Source of the DNA: a virus
Virus record (IMG/VR): IMGVR_UViG_3300029197_000003
DNA length: 64,000 bases
Reading direction: 5' to 3' (one strand)
The position numbers were made by a program, and so were the translations under genes. Of this stretch, positions 42,923 to 50,494 are shown in pieces (position 1 is the first letter of the stretch; the number at the start of each line of letters is the position of its first letter). The notes under the pieces are model-generated. The model was not told where the DNA came from, did no database searches, and saw nothing but the letters and a program-made list of their open reading frames with translations.

Positions 42923-44263
42923 CTATGCCAGTTTCAAAAGGTCTTCCAAAGCGGAGACACGCCTTGCCAAAGCAGAGATGTCATTGGCGGTGGCGGCGGT
43001 AATTACTTGATAAGAACCTTCTATTTCTTTTCCCCAATTCAAAATACCATCTTCGTCAACCGAAAGCTCTACATTATTGGCAATTTTTACTCCACTTCCA
43101 ATTGCAACTTTATGTGCAACATCGTGTATAGCGACTAGGCTCGTCCCAAGATTTGTGCCTATTATTGTAGTATCAGAAATATCGACACCTTCTCCAATAG
43201 TAACATTTTTATGAATATCGACACCTTCATAAAAACGGATACCACTAGTAAAACCAGCACGAGTCAAACCAATAGCATCAAAACTCTCGCTATTTTCAAT
43301 TAAGATTTTTTCACCAATTTGCGCACCAGTACCAATAGATACATTACCATAAATATAAGCCTTAGGACGAAGAATCGCATAATTTATGCCATTCAAATCC
43401 GAAAATTGATATCCTCCTCCAACGACATCACTCTCTTTTACAATCTTCACATCCCCAATCTTTCCATCCACCGCATCAAGTTTCACCTTATCAGCAGCAG
43501 ACATAACACCAGCCGTGGTAGAGGTGGCAGGAAGAATACCAAGGTCACTTTCCGTAGTCGCCTCTCGTCCGTTGACAAAGGTAATGGTCTTCTTGAATGA
43601 TACGCCATTATCCTGCGCAAATTCCTCCTGTGCGAATTTCACATTTGCAACGGCGGTGTCTTCAATTTCGCTCTTCTTGGCATAGCTCGTCAAATCCTGC
43701 AAGCCCTGCAAAGCGTCCCAGTTCTTGGTGGCAGCAGGGTCAATGGCAGCACTAAAAGCAGTAACACATACCACGTTCACGCCAGCAGGATAAGCCTTGC
43801 CGTCAATGGTTATGGCATCGGTGATATTCCACACATCGCCAGCCTTTGCAGAAGTGAGAGCCTTCAACTGAGCGGCAGTGCATGAACCCTTAGTTGTGTA
43901 GACACTTCCAAGGGCAGAAACCTTCTGGTCTGCATAGCTCTTGGCAGAAGCGAGAGCGCTGTTAGCCTTCGTAGTCGCGTCTGTGGCGGCAGCACTGACG
44001 GCCTCCGTCTTCTTGGTGTCAGCATAGCTCTTCGCTGATGTCAGCGTGGCAGTGTCCTTGCTGTCAATTTCGCTCTTTGAATAAGTTTTGCCGCTTGCAG
44101 AGGCGATAGATGCTTTCAACTCTTTGTTGATGTCGCTCTGTAATTTATCCTCTTCAAGGTCAACGACCTGTGAGGCTTCAACTGCAACACCGTCACTCGT
44201 GTCTGATTTGATACGAGATGTATACTTGATATAATCGGATGCTACTCCGTATTTTTTTGCCAT
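42923..44263 (-). CDS. tail fibre protein
   Basis: 446 aa. It has repeated SAKSYAD...K fibre repeats and a C-terminal beta-helix-like region of G-x-hydrophobic hexapeptide-type repeats. Confidence 0.65.
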   Translation of the reverse strand: MAKKYGVASDYIKYTSRIKSDTSDGVAVEASQVVDLEEDKLQSDINKELKASIASASGKTYSKSEIDSKDTATLTSAKSYADTKKTEAVSAAATDATTKANSALASAKSYADQKVSALGSVYTTKGSCTAAQLKALTSAKAGDVWNITDAITIDGKAYPAGVNVVCVTAFSAAIDPAATKNWDALQGLQDLTSYAKKSEIEDTAVANVKFAQEEFAQDNGVSFKKTITFVNGREATTESDLGILPATSTTAGVMSAADKVKLDAVDGKIGDVKIVKESDVVGGGYQFSDLNGINYAILRPKAYIYGNVSIGTGAQIGEKILIENSESFDAIGLTRAGFTSGIRFYEGVDIHKNVTIGEGVDISDTTIIGTNLGTSLVAIHDVAHKVAIGSGVKIANNVELSVDEDGILNWGKEIEGSYQVITAATANDISALARRVSALEDLLKLA

Positions 44264-44274
44264 TTCTCTTTAGA

Positions 44275-45087
44275 TTAATAAAGTTCAACATTATGTACGC
44301 TCACGCCCATCTTTGATGCCATACGATACACTTTGTAAGTGATGCCAGAACCTGTTGCGTCAGCCTGCTTTACAAAGTTGACTGGCAGCGGCCCTTCGCG
44401 ACCAGCGAGGTTATTTGCCAAGTTAGGCGAAACAGTAACATCAGACGGAATCAGAACATAGCCATAGGGCTTTTCTGCCGTGAAGGAGAATTTATACGTG
44501 CCGTTTGAATTGCTCTGCAATTTCGTGCCGTTGACCTGAGCAAGGAACTTGGCCATCTCAGTCGCATCGCTGACAGGTGCTGTCTCGTAGGAGCTGACGC
44601 CAAACAAGATTTGATTATAAGCGTAAACAGTCTTTGATGCAGTTCTTGAAACTCCCTTAACGGTAGCATGTACGTCAAAGAGGGTAGTCGAACTTGCATT
44701 TACAGTGCCAGAATAAACGCCAGTAGACTTCTTCGTAACGGTGACAGAAGCGCCTCCTGCAGTCATCGTTGGCAGTGCATCAGCGTCAACATTCGCACCT
44801 GCAAATGTACAAGTGACGGTCAACGTGAATGCCGTTGATGTACCCTTGACGAATGTTGCGGAAGGTGAAACACTAAACGAAATCTTCGCCTTTGCGTCAT
44901 TCTCCTCCTTAACCTTTCGGTTCACATACTCTGCCTGCGTGTCCGAGATTCCACGGATAACGGCAGAGGCTTCATACACGAGCGCATTTTCGCTCTTGAC
45001 CACGTCAACGCGGCCTTCTGTGCCTGCTGTGTCAGCCTTTGAAGCCGCCACAGAGGCTTTCTCTCTGAATTTGATAAATTTTGCCAT
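44275..45087 (-). CDS. virion structural protein, beta-rich
   Basis: 270 aa, rich in T, S and V. Its position is between fibre genes. Confidence 0.4.
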   Translation of the reverse strand: MAKFIKFREKASVAASKADTAGTEGRVDVVKSENALVYEASAVIRGISDTQAEYVNRKVKEENDAKAKISFSVSPSATFVKGTSTAFTLTVTCTFAGANVDADALPTMTAGGASVTVTKKSTGVYSGTVNASSTTLFDVHATVKGVSRTASKTVYAYNQILFGVSSYETAPVSDATEMAKFLAQVNGTKLQSNSNGTYKFSFTAEKPYGYVLIPSDVTVSPNLANNLAGREGPLPVNFVKQADATGSGITYKVYRMASKMGVSVHNVELY

Positions 45088-45117
45088 GTTTTTTTATTTT
45101 GTTTTTAACTCATGAGT

Positions 45118-46032
45118 TTATTCGTCTGTTTGATTGAGGTTGAGAAGAAATTTGAGCATCTCAATGTCAGCTGAAGAAACGCCACCGCCGCCCTGTCCGA
45201 TTTGCTTGCGCAATTCATCCACTTGCGACTGAAGCTTCTCCATTTCGATGTTGACAGCCGATAACTCTTCTTCTATCTTATTGAATTTTATGCTGTCCTC
45301 GTAGATGGCCAACTCGTTAGCATCAACGCGCTTCTTCAACTTGGCGCTATCGCTTTGAAGATTGCCCACCTGCATACCAATCAGATTGACGTCTTCCTCT
45401 GTTTTGTCTTGGCGCTTTCTTAGCTCGTTGATGTCGTCGTAAATCTCCATTCTTATAGACGACACCTTTGCGGCATTATCGTCTATTTTCTTTTCAAGGT
45501 AGGCTTTCTCGGATGTTATGCGGTTGTCAAGATTGTCAACATTACCTTTTAATTCAAGGTAGTTGGCGTTGATAAGATTACCGATAGCTGTAGCATTGCC
45601 CTTGATTTGGGCAATCTCTGTATCTGTCGCGTCTGCCCACTGACGGGCGGCGGCTATATGCTGGGTTTCCTCCTTGTCTGTTATGGTGACACTCTGCGCG
45701 TCTGACGCAACGGCAGTAACGACGTTAGGCTCTGCGCCTTCTAAAATGGTGTCAAGCTTTACCTTGTCGGCACCATACATAAGGCCATCTATACCCCTCT
45801 CTGCCATCGGGAGGGTTACACTGCCAGAAGTGATGTCGCTGATATATTTCTTGCCATTGATGTAGATAACACTGGCACCGCCAAATACGGTTTCATTCAG
45901 TACAATACGGCCGTCTGTTGTGAAGCACAATACATGTGCAGGAACAGAGGAAGACATGGCCACATTGAAAGACGTGCCGACATCAACCCTAAACGGTTGT
46001 TCTTCGATATTTCCCCACGCTTCTCTTGTCAT
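45118..46032 (-). CDS. receptor-binding / tail fibre protein, paralog A, with a coiled coil
   Basis: The N-terminus is MTREAWGNIEEQPFRVDVGTSFNVA...VLCFTTDGRIVLNETVF. A long heptad-like C-terminal half follows. Confidence 0.55.
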   Translation of the reverse strand: MTREAWGNIEEQPFRVDVGTSFNVAMSSSVPAHVLCFTTDGRIVLNETVFGGASVIYINGKKYISDITSGSVTLPMAERGIDGLMYGADKVKLDTILEGAEPNVVTAVASDAQSVTITDKEETQHIAAARQWADATDTEIAQIKGNATAIGNLINANYLELKGNVDNLDNRITSEKAYLEKKIDDNAAKVSSIRMEIYDDINELRKRQDKTEEDVNLIGMQVGNLQSDSAKLKKRVDANELAIYEDSIKFNKIEEELSAVNIEMEKLQSQVDELRKQIGQGGGGVSSADIEMLKFLLNLNQTDE

Positions 46033-46035
46033 TGT

Positions 46036-46716
46036 CTATTGTTTTTCTGATGGTTGAATATGAGCATGTCTGTATGCCAATGCCGTCATTACCTGCATTT
46101 GGTCTACGGAAGAGAATACGGCAGCGGCCATTGCTGCATTTGCGTACACAATGGCGCGTCTCAACTTTGGGCATATAGTAATTTTGCCTTCTTTCGCCAC
46201 TGGCTTTTGCACATATTTGAATGATGCGACCTTGGCAGTCTTCGCGCTGCAATAAAACTCCAATACGTTGTTTGGTACATCTATGGCAATTGCTGGGTGT
46301 CTTGGTGTCGCACCAATGCCGCTATATTGGTCTTGAAGACGTTCATAAGCAGGAGTCTCCTGTGCGGTAGGCATTGACACGGCGTAATCCCAGTCGTTCA
46401 TCTTAAACGATACAAGGCGAAGGAAATCACTCGGCAGGGCAACGCTTCCTGCTTGTATGGCGCTACCTTTCTTCTCCTTTCCCCATGATACGATGTAGTC
46501 TTCTCCCTCCTTGACGGCATCATCGCACCCTTCCAACATCTCCAATGGCGCACCTTCTTCAATAGCCGTTGCAGCGTCAACCATTGTGGAGCGTATAATC
46601 TCGTCAAGTGTCAGCGTATCGGTGTCTCCAAGCATGGAAAGAGCCTTGCCGTCCATATTCTGGTCAAGCGCCACTCGTACCTCTTTCACCAAATCGTCAA
46701 TGTTGCAGGTCTCCAT
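46036..46716 (-). CDS. head-tail adaptor candidate
   Basis: 226 aa. The N-terminus IDDLVKEVRVALDQN...TLTLDEIIRS resembles head-tail connector families. The call rests mainly on position. Confidence 0.35.
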   Translation of the reverse strand: METCNIDDLVKEVRVALDQNMDGKALSMLGDTDTLTLDEIIRSTMVDAATAIEEGAPLEMLEGCDDAVKEGEDYIVSWGKEKKGSAIQAGSVALPSDFLRLVSFKMNDWDYAVSMPTAQETPAYERLQDQYSGIGATPRHPAIAIDVPNNVLEFYCSAKTAKVASFKYVQKPVAKEGKITICPKLRRAIVYANAAMAAAVFSSVDQMQVMTALAYRHAHIQPSEKQ

Positions 46717-46719
46717 ATC

Positions 46720-47136
46720 TTACTGTTTGTCGTTGTTGTCCTTTTCCTTGTCTTCCGTCAAACCTTTAAAGATTACCTTATGCTCGTAGGCAGTAGACAA
46801 TACCTGTGGAAGGGTTTTCATACTTGAACGCGGAACACCGAAGCGCTCGTTAAGAAATTCCTTGGCTTCGCTCATCGTGTCAACTTGAACAACCTCGGGT
46901 TCTTCGCTTTTTGTTTCCTCTTGTATTTCTTTCGGTTTCTCATCCTCCGTCACACGATTCAAGAAAAACTCCTTGTCATACAGGTAGTGGTGCTCCAAGG
47001 CCCAAATTTCTTCTGGGTCATTGGTGACGAAGTAACTTCCAAGTCCTGTACAGGTATCGAAATTCACATGTCTGTGCCTTCCATCTTCAAAAGTGAGGTC
47101 AAGAGATATAGTACAGGGTGCAATATATTTTTTCAT
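46720..47136 (-). CDS. hypothetical head-associated protein
   Basis: 138 aa. It is the first gene after the terminator that follows the capsid gene. Confidence 0.4.
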   Translation of the reverse strand: MKKYIAPCTISLDLTFEDGRHRHVNFDTCTGLGSYFVTNDPEEIWALEHHYLYDKEFFLNRVTEDEKPKEIQEETKSEEPEVVQVDTMSEAKEFLNERFGVPRSSMKTLPQVLSTAYEHKVIFKGLTEDKEKDNNDKQ

Positions 47137-47140
47137 GTCA

Positions 47141-47188
47141 TTAAAATTAAAAACGCGCCATAAGAAGCAGCCTTTTTCTTATGGCGCG
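47141..47188 (-). terminator. strong intrinsic terminator directly after the capsid gene
   Basis: On the minus strand: CGCGCCATAAGAA-AAAGGCTGC-TTCTTATGGCGCG followed by TTTTTAATTTT. Confidence 0.75.
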
Positions 47189-47194
47189 GAAAGT

Positions 47195-48637
47195 TTACTT
47201 ATGTGCAAGCTGCACGCGTGCATGTGCCTTTGGATAGCGTAGGTACAAGCAGGAGATTTCCTGCAAAACCGCTGCATCCGTGTTGCGGATTCCTGCCTTC
47301 TTCAAATCAAGGACGTTGCGCTTGAACGAAAGGAAGGTTTTCTTTGTGAGGTATTCGGGGTCAAGCACAAAGCCGCAATCCTTCATCTCGCACTGATTAA
47401 ACAACTCGTGGTGAATGGTGAGGATTTCGCCGAAATCGGTTTCCCATGATTTAAACTTCAAGTTCCATTTCTCAACAGAATCCTTCAGGCGGAATTTCTC
47501 TGACTTAACCTTTGACAGGGTAGCAAGGAGGTCGGAGCCACAGAACATAATCTTGCGGCCGTTACTCAATCCTGTACCTACAAAGATGTCGCGTGAGAAG
47601 TCAACCAAGTCGTCATCGCTAATAACGCAAGCGTTTTCCTTTTCGTCCCAATGGCCAATGGTGTACTTGGGGCAACCCATCCACCAAATACCCTTGGTGA
47701 AGTAACGAGCCATACCGTCTTTTGAGGCATGCTTAATAACATTCTTGTCGCCGAAAAGAATACTCATCTCCTGGGTCACACGCATATCGTAGATAGCGTC
47801 TTCTTCGAGGTCGGTGAAGTTCCAGTCAACTTCCTTATCGCTCATCTTGTCAATCGTAGACTGTTCCACCTGAATCATGTAGTTCTGGCAGTACTGCTCT
47901 TCTGCGGTCGGCAGATTATTGAATCGGCCAGTCTGTACATCCAATTCTCCGCATGACTTCCCCATACGTACAAGAACGGTCTTTGCGTTGATGGCAGGAA
48001 GCCAAATGTTGTTGCTCGTCTCGGTTGAAACCTCACCATTAACGGCAAACACCTGCGGATAACCTTCGCTGTCCTTTCCGCACACGCAAAGGACGAGGTC
48101 GGGCACCACTTCCTTCTTGGCGTCATAGGCGGAACCATTCTCCTTGGTGACAGCAGGAACACCGCAAACGCGAATAGTATCATCAATAGTGAAGATATTT
48201 GGGTCTTCAACCTTGAGTGATACGCGGTCGCCGCCAGTCTGCTTAACTACCGCTTCTTTAAGAAGGGTCTTAGTTGGACGTGTTCCTACGCTGTAGTACT
48301 TGACAATAAATGAATCCGTCTGTTGGGCGCTTGCCTGTCGGCTGATTTGGTCAATCGGCGTTGCCATAGGACGGATTTTGCAAATCTTCTGGTCAATGTC
48401 TTTGACGTAGAAATCGGGGTCTCCGTTCTCTCGTCCGTGCTGCATGGTGGCGGCACCTTCAACATTCATAGGCTTTTCTGGGCTTGCCGTGCCGCTGTCG
48501 GTCTTACCTGCGTCGGGCAAATCGGCGGCGGCAGCCATCATGACATTACCGCCTGCACCCAAGACAAAGCATAATACACTAAGAAGCAGGAAGCCAACAA
48601 ACTTCATTGCTCCTTTAAAACTGATAGTCTGTTTCAT
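47195..48637 (-). CDS. major capsid protein (HK97-fold type) with an N-terminal hydrophobic leader
   Basis: The start is taken at MKQTISFK, 22 nt after the scaffold stop. The core has IDQKICKIRPMATPIDQISR...TDFGEILTIHHELF...VLDPEYL...ISCLYLRYPKAHA, a pattern typical of capsid proteins. It lies downstream of the scaffold gene and is followed by a strong terminator. Confidence 0.65.
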   Translation of the reverse strand: MKQTISFKGAMKFVGFLLLSVLCFVLGAGGNVMMAAAADLPDAGKTDSGTASPEKPMNVEGAATMQHGRENGDPDFYVKDIDQKICKIRPMATPIDQISRQASAQQTDSFIVKYYSVGTRPTKTLLKEAVVKQTGGDRVSLKVEDPNIFTIDDTIRVCGVPAVTKENGSAYDAKKEVVPDLVLCVCGKDSEGYPQVFAVNGEVSTETSNNIWLPAINAKTVLVRMGKSCGELDVQTGRFNNLPTAEEQYCQNYMIQVEQSTIDKMSDKEVDWNFTDLEEDAIYDMRVTQEMSILFGDKNVIKHASKDGMARYFTKGIWWMGCPKYTIGHWDEKENACVISDDDLVDFSRDIFVGTGLSNGRKIMFCGSDLLATLSKVKSEKFRLKDSVEKWNLKFKSWETDFGEILTIHHELFNQCEMKDCGFVLDPEYLTKKTFLSFKRNVLDLKKAGIRNTDAAVLQEISCLYLRYPKAHARVQLAHK

Positions 48638-48659
48638 GTGATTAATAATTGTATTTGGT

Positions 48660-49493
48660 TTATTTGAATTTTGTTCGTTTTTCGTCAGAATCCCAAATGC
48701 TTCCGCGACTGGCGATAGCATCCAGTGCGCCAAGGTCAGGGCTGCTCTGACTTTTAGACGCGCCACGGCTCTTTCCTCCGAGTGAAGGAACACCATCGCT
48801 ATTCTTACTTTTTTTCAACTTCATGTCTATTTTCGCGTTGCGACCTCTGATTTCCCCCGCGTTTCCTGCTTCTTGCACATCCATGTCGTGCGTGATGGAT
48901 TTACGGGCGAGGTCAAGGCTTTCTTCTGTGAACTTACCTACGATAGCATCTGATGCAATCTGAACGATAAACTGAAAGGCTTCATCTACTTGTTCGTCTG
49001 TCAAATTGTTTTTCTTTTGCCAGTCGTCTGCGGCCTGCAAGGAATCGTCAAGGTTCTTCCTATATTCCTCCTCAAGGCTCTTTTCCTTGGCGACACGTTC
49101 AACATATTCTCTGTTCGCCGCTGCCACCTCTTCCTGCTTCTCTGGGTCGTTGGCCATATCGCCGACATCCTTTCCATACAATTTGATGAGCGTGAGGCGA
49201 GGGTCGCCACCATTGGCGAAGTCGGCAAACAGTGCTGCGTTGCGTTCGTCAGCGTTGAACATATTCGTCAACTTTCTTTCGTCTTCGCGGTAGCGGTTCA
49301 ATTCGCTCTCCGTACTGTCGTAGTCGTCAGAAATCTGGCCGAACATAGCCTCTTCATCATCAAAGTTTTTGTCGGGATATTTCTCAGAAAGTCGCTTCTT
49401 GAATGCGTCACGCTTGCTTGGTGTAGGCGTGGCCTCTCCTGCCGATGGAATCTTCACGTTGCCATCACCCGTACTAACTTGTTTATCTGCCAT
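48660..49493 (-). CDS. scaffolding protein
   Basis: 277 aa, acidic and helical, with a basic C-terminal tail. It lies directly upstream of the capsid gene. Confidence 0.6.
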   Translation of the reverse strand: MADKQVSTGDGNVKIPSAGEATPTPSKRDAFKKRLSEKYPDKNFDDEEAMFGQISDDYDSTESELNRYREDERKLTNMFNADERNAALFADFANGGDPRLTLIKLYGKDVGDMANDPEKQEEVAAANREYVERVAKEKSLEEEYRKNLDDSLQAADDWQKKNNLTDEQVDEAFQFIVQIASDAIVGKFTEESLDLARKSITHDMDVQEAGNAGEIRGRNAKIDMKLKKSKNSDGVPSLGGKSRGASKSQSSPDLGALDAIASRGSIWDSDEKRTKFK

Positions 49494-49532
49494 ATAATTA
49501 CTTGTTTAAGTGCTTTGAATTATGCTTTTAAG

Positions 49533-49595
49533 CAAAAGTAATTATAGTTAACTGCCAAATTCGCTTATCTTTATAACGGTAATTTATTATCTTTG
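49533..49595. promoter_or_regulatory. divergent late promoter region with two TAnnTTTG boxes
   Basis: The minus-strand box TACTTTTG is the reverse complement of 49533-49540 and points toward the scaffold gene. The plus-strand box TATCTTTG lies at 49588-49595 and points toward 49618. Confidence 0.4.
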
Positions 49596-49617
49596 CATTG
49601 TCAAAACATTTTACCGC

Positions 49618-50016
49618 ATGAAGAAAAAGTTTAGTACGATAGAATACGAGGGCGAGAGAGCGAGAGAGGTTATACATGCCTGTCGGGAGACAATGAAAAA
49701 AGTGAAGCATATCAATGTCCTTGACATCTTCGCAGAGGCCGTCAAGCAGCCATCGTCTCGCTACTGGGTAAGCGAGGACCGCGCAATCTATGTGATGCGT
49801 CGGATGCTTCGTGGTGACGACCTGTCTTACATGAGGCAGACGAAGCGAAAAATGTTCTACGAGCTTTTCTGGCGGTTCATCGAATGCAAGAGAAAGCACG
49901 AGGATGCAGGCGTGTGTAATATTGTCCGAAAGATAATATACACGCCTGCATCCTCATTTTTTCTCACATCGGCATCAGCAAAGGCAATATATTATAAGCA
50001 TAAGGATGAAAAATAG
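49618..50016 (+). CDS. hypothetical protein, small-terminase candidate by position only
   Basis: 132 aa. It is the first gene of the operon that contains TerL. Confidence 0.3.
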   Translation: MKKKFSTIEYEGERAREVIHACRETMKKVKHINVLDIFAEAVKQPSSRYWVSEDRAIYVMRRMLRGDDLSYMRQTKRKMFYELFWRFIECKRKHEDAGVCNIVRKIIYTPASSFFLTSASAKAIYYKHKDEK

Positions 50017-50494
50017 CAATCTTGACATAAATATCTTGTTGGCGGTCTCGTTGGCGCTTTTCGTGTTATCGTTCATCAGCCAAGATTCCGTGCAAATTTC
50101 ACGGAATATGGCCTTAAATCGCCTATTTTATCCCCTTTTTCACGCCAACTCGATTCATGCGATTTTAAATATATTTTGCATTCTTCAATTGGCGTTCTAT
50201 TACCGCATGTCGCGTTGGTATCTGCTGGCATCTTACATCATTGCCGTAACGGCACCTTCCAGCCTTATTGAAGGGACGATTGGTTTTTCTGGGGTTATCT
50301 TCGCAGCACTTGGCCTATATTCGATGATAGTAACAAGAGGGTGGGTGATTGCCGCTCATGTGGCCTTATATTGTTCGCTGACGGCATTATTTTCGTGTGT
50401 GAATACTCTACTGCACCTTTATTGTTATGCGGTTGGCTTCGTCTGCTCACTATTAATAACTGAAAAACAATGGTGGAGATGGAGAAAGATATAG
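50006..50494 (+). CDS. rhomboid-family intramembrane serine protease
   Basis: 162 aa with about 6 TM helices. FHANSIHAILN fits the TM2 H..xxH...N motif. GFSGVIFAALG fits the TM4 GxSG motif, with the Ser codon at 50288-50290. LLHLYCYAVGF supplies the TM6 His and Gly. Confidence 0.7.
   Translation: MKNSNLDINILLAVSLALFVLSFISQDSVQISRNMALNRLFYPLFHANSIHAILNIFCILQLAFYYRMSRWYLLASYIIAVTAPSSLIEGTIGFSGVIFAALGLYSMIVTRGWVIAAHVALYCSLTALFSCVNTLLHLYCYAVGFVCSLLITEKQWWRWRKI

Noticed and set aside
38768-46032. A diversity-generating retroelement acting on the fibre genes.
   Set aside because: I found no reverse-transcriptase-like ORF in the window. I also saw no near-identical template/variable repeat pair next to any fibre C-terminus.
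48638-48796. The 53-codon N-terminal extension of the capsid ORF as given in the ORF track (MVFLHSEERAVARLK...).
   Set aside because: It overlaps the 3' end of the scaffold gene by 137 nt and looks non-coding. The ATG at 48637 lies 22 nt after the scaffold stop and starts a coherent leader.
49528-49899. Minus-strand ORF 49528-49899 (123 aa).
   Set aside because: It overlaps the divergent promoter region and the plus-strand gene 49618-50016. It would have to start inside that gene with no promoter.
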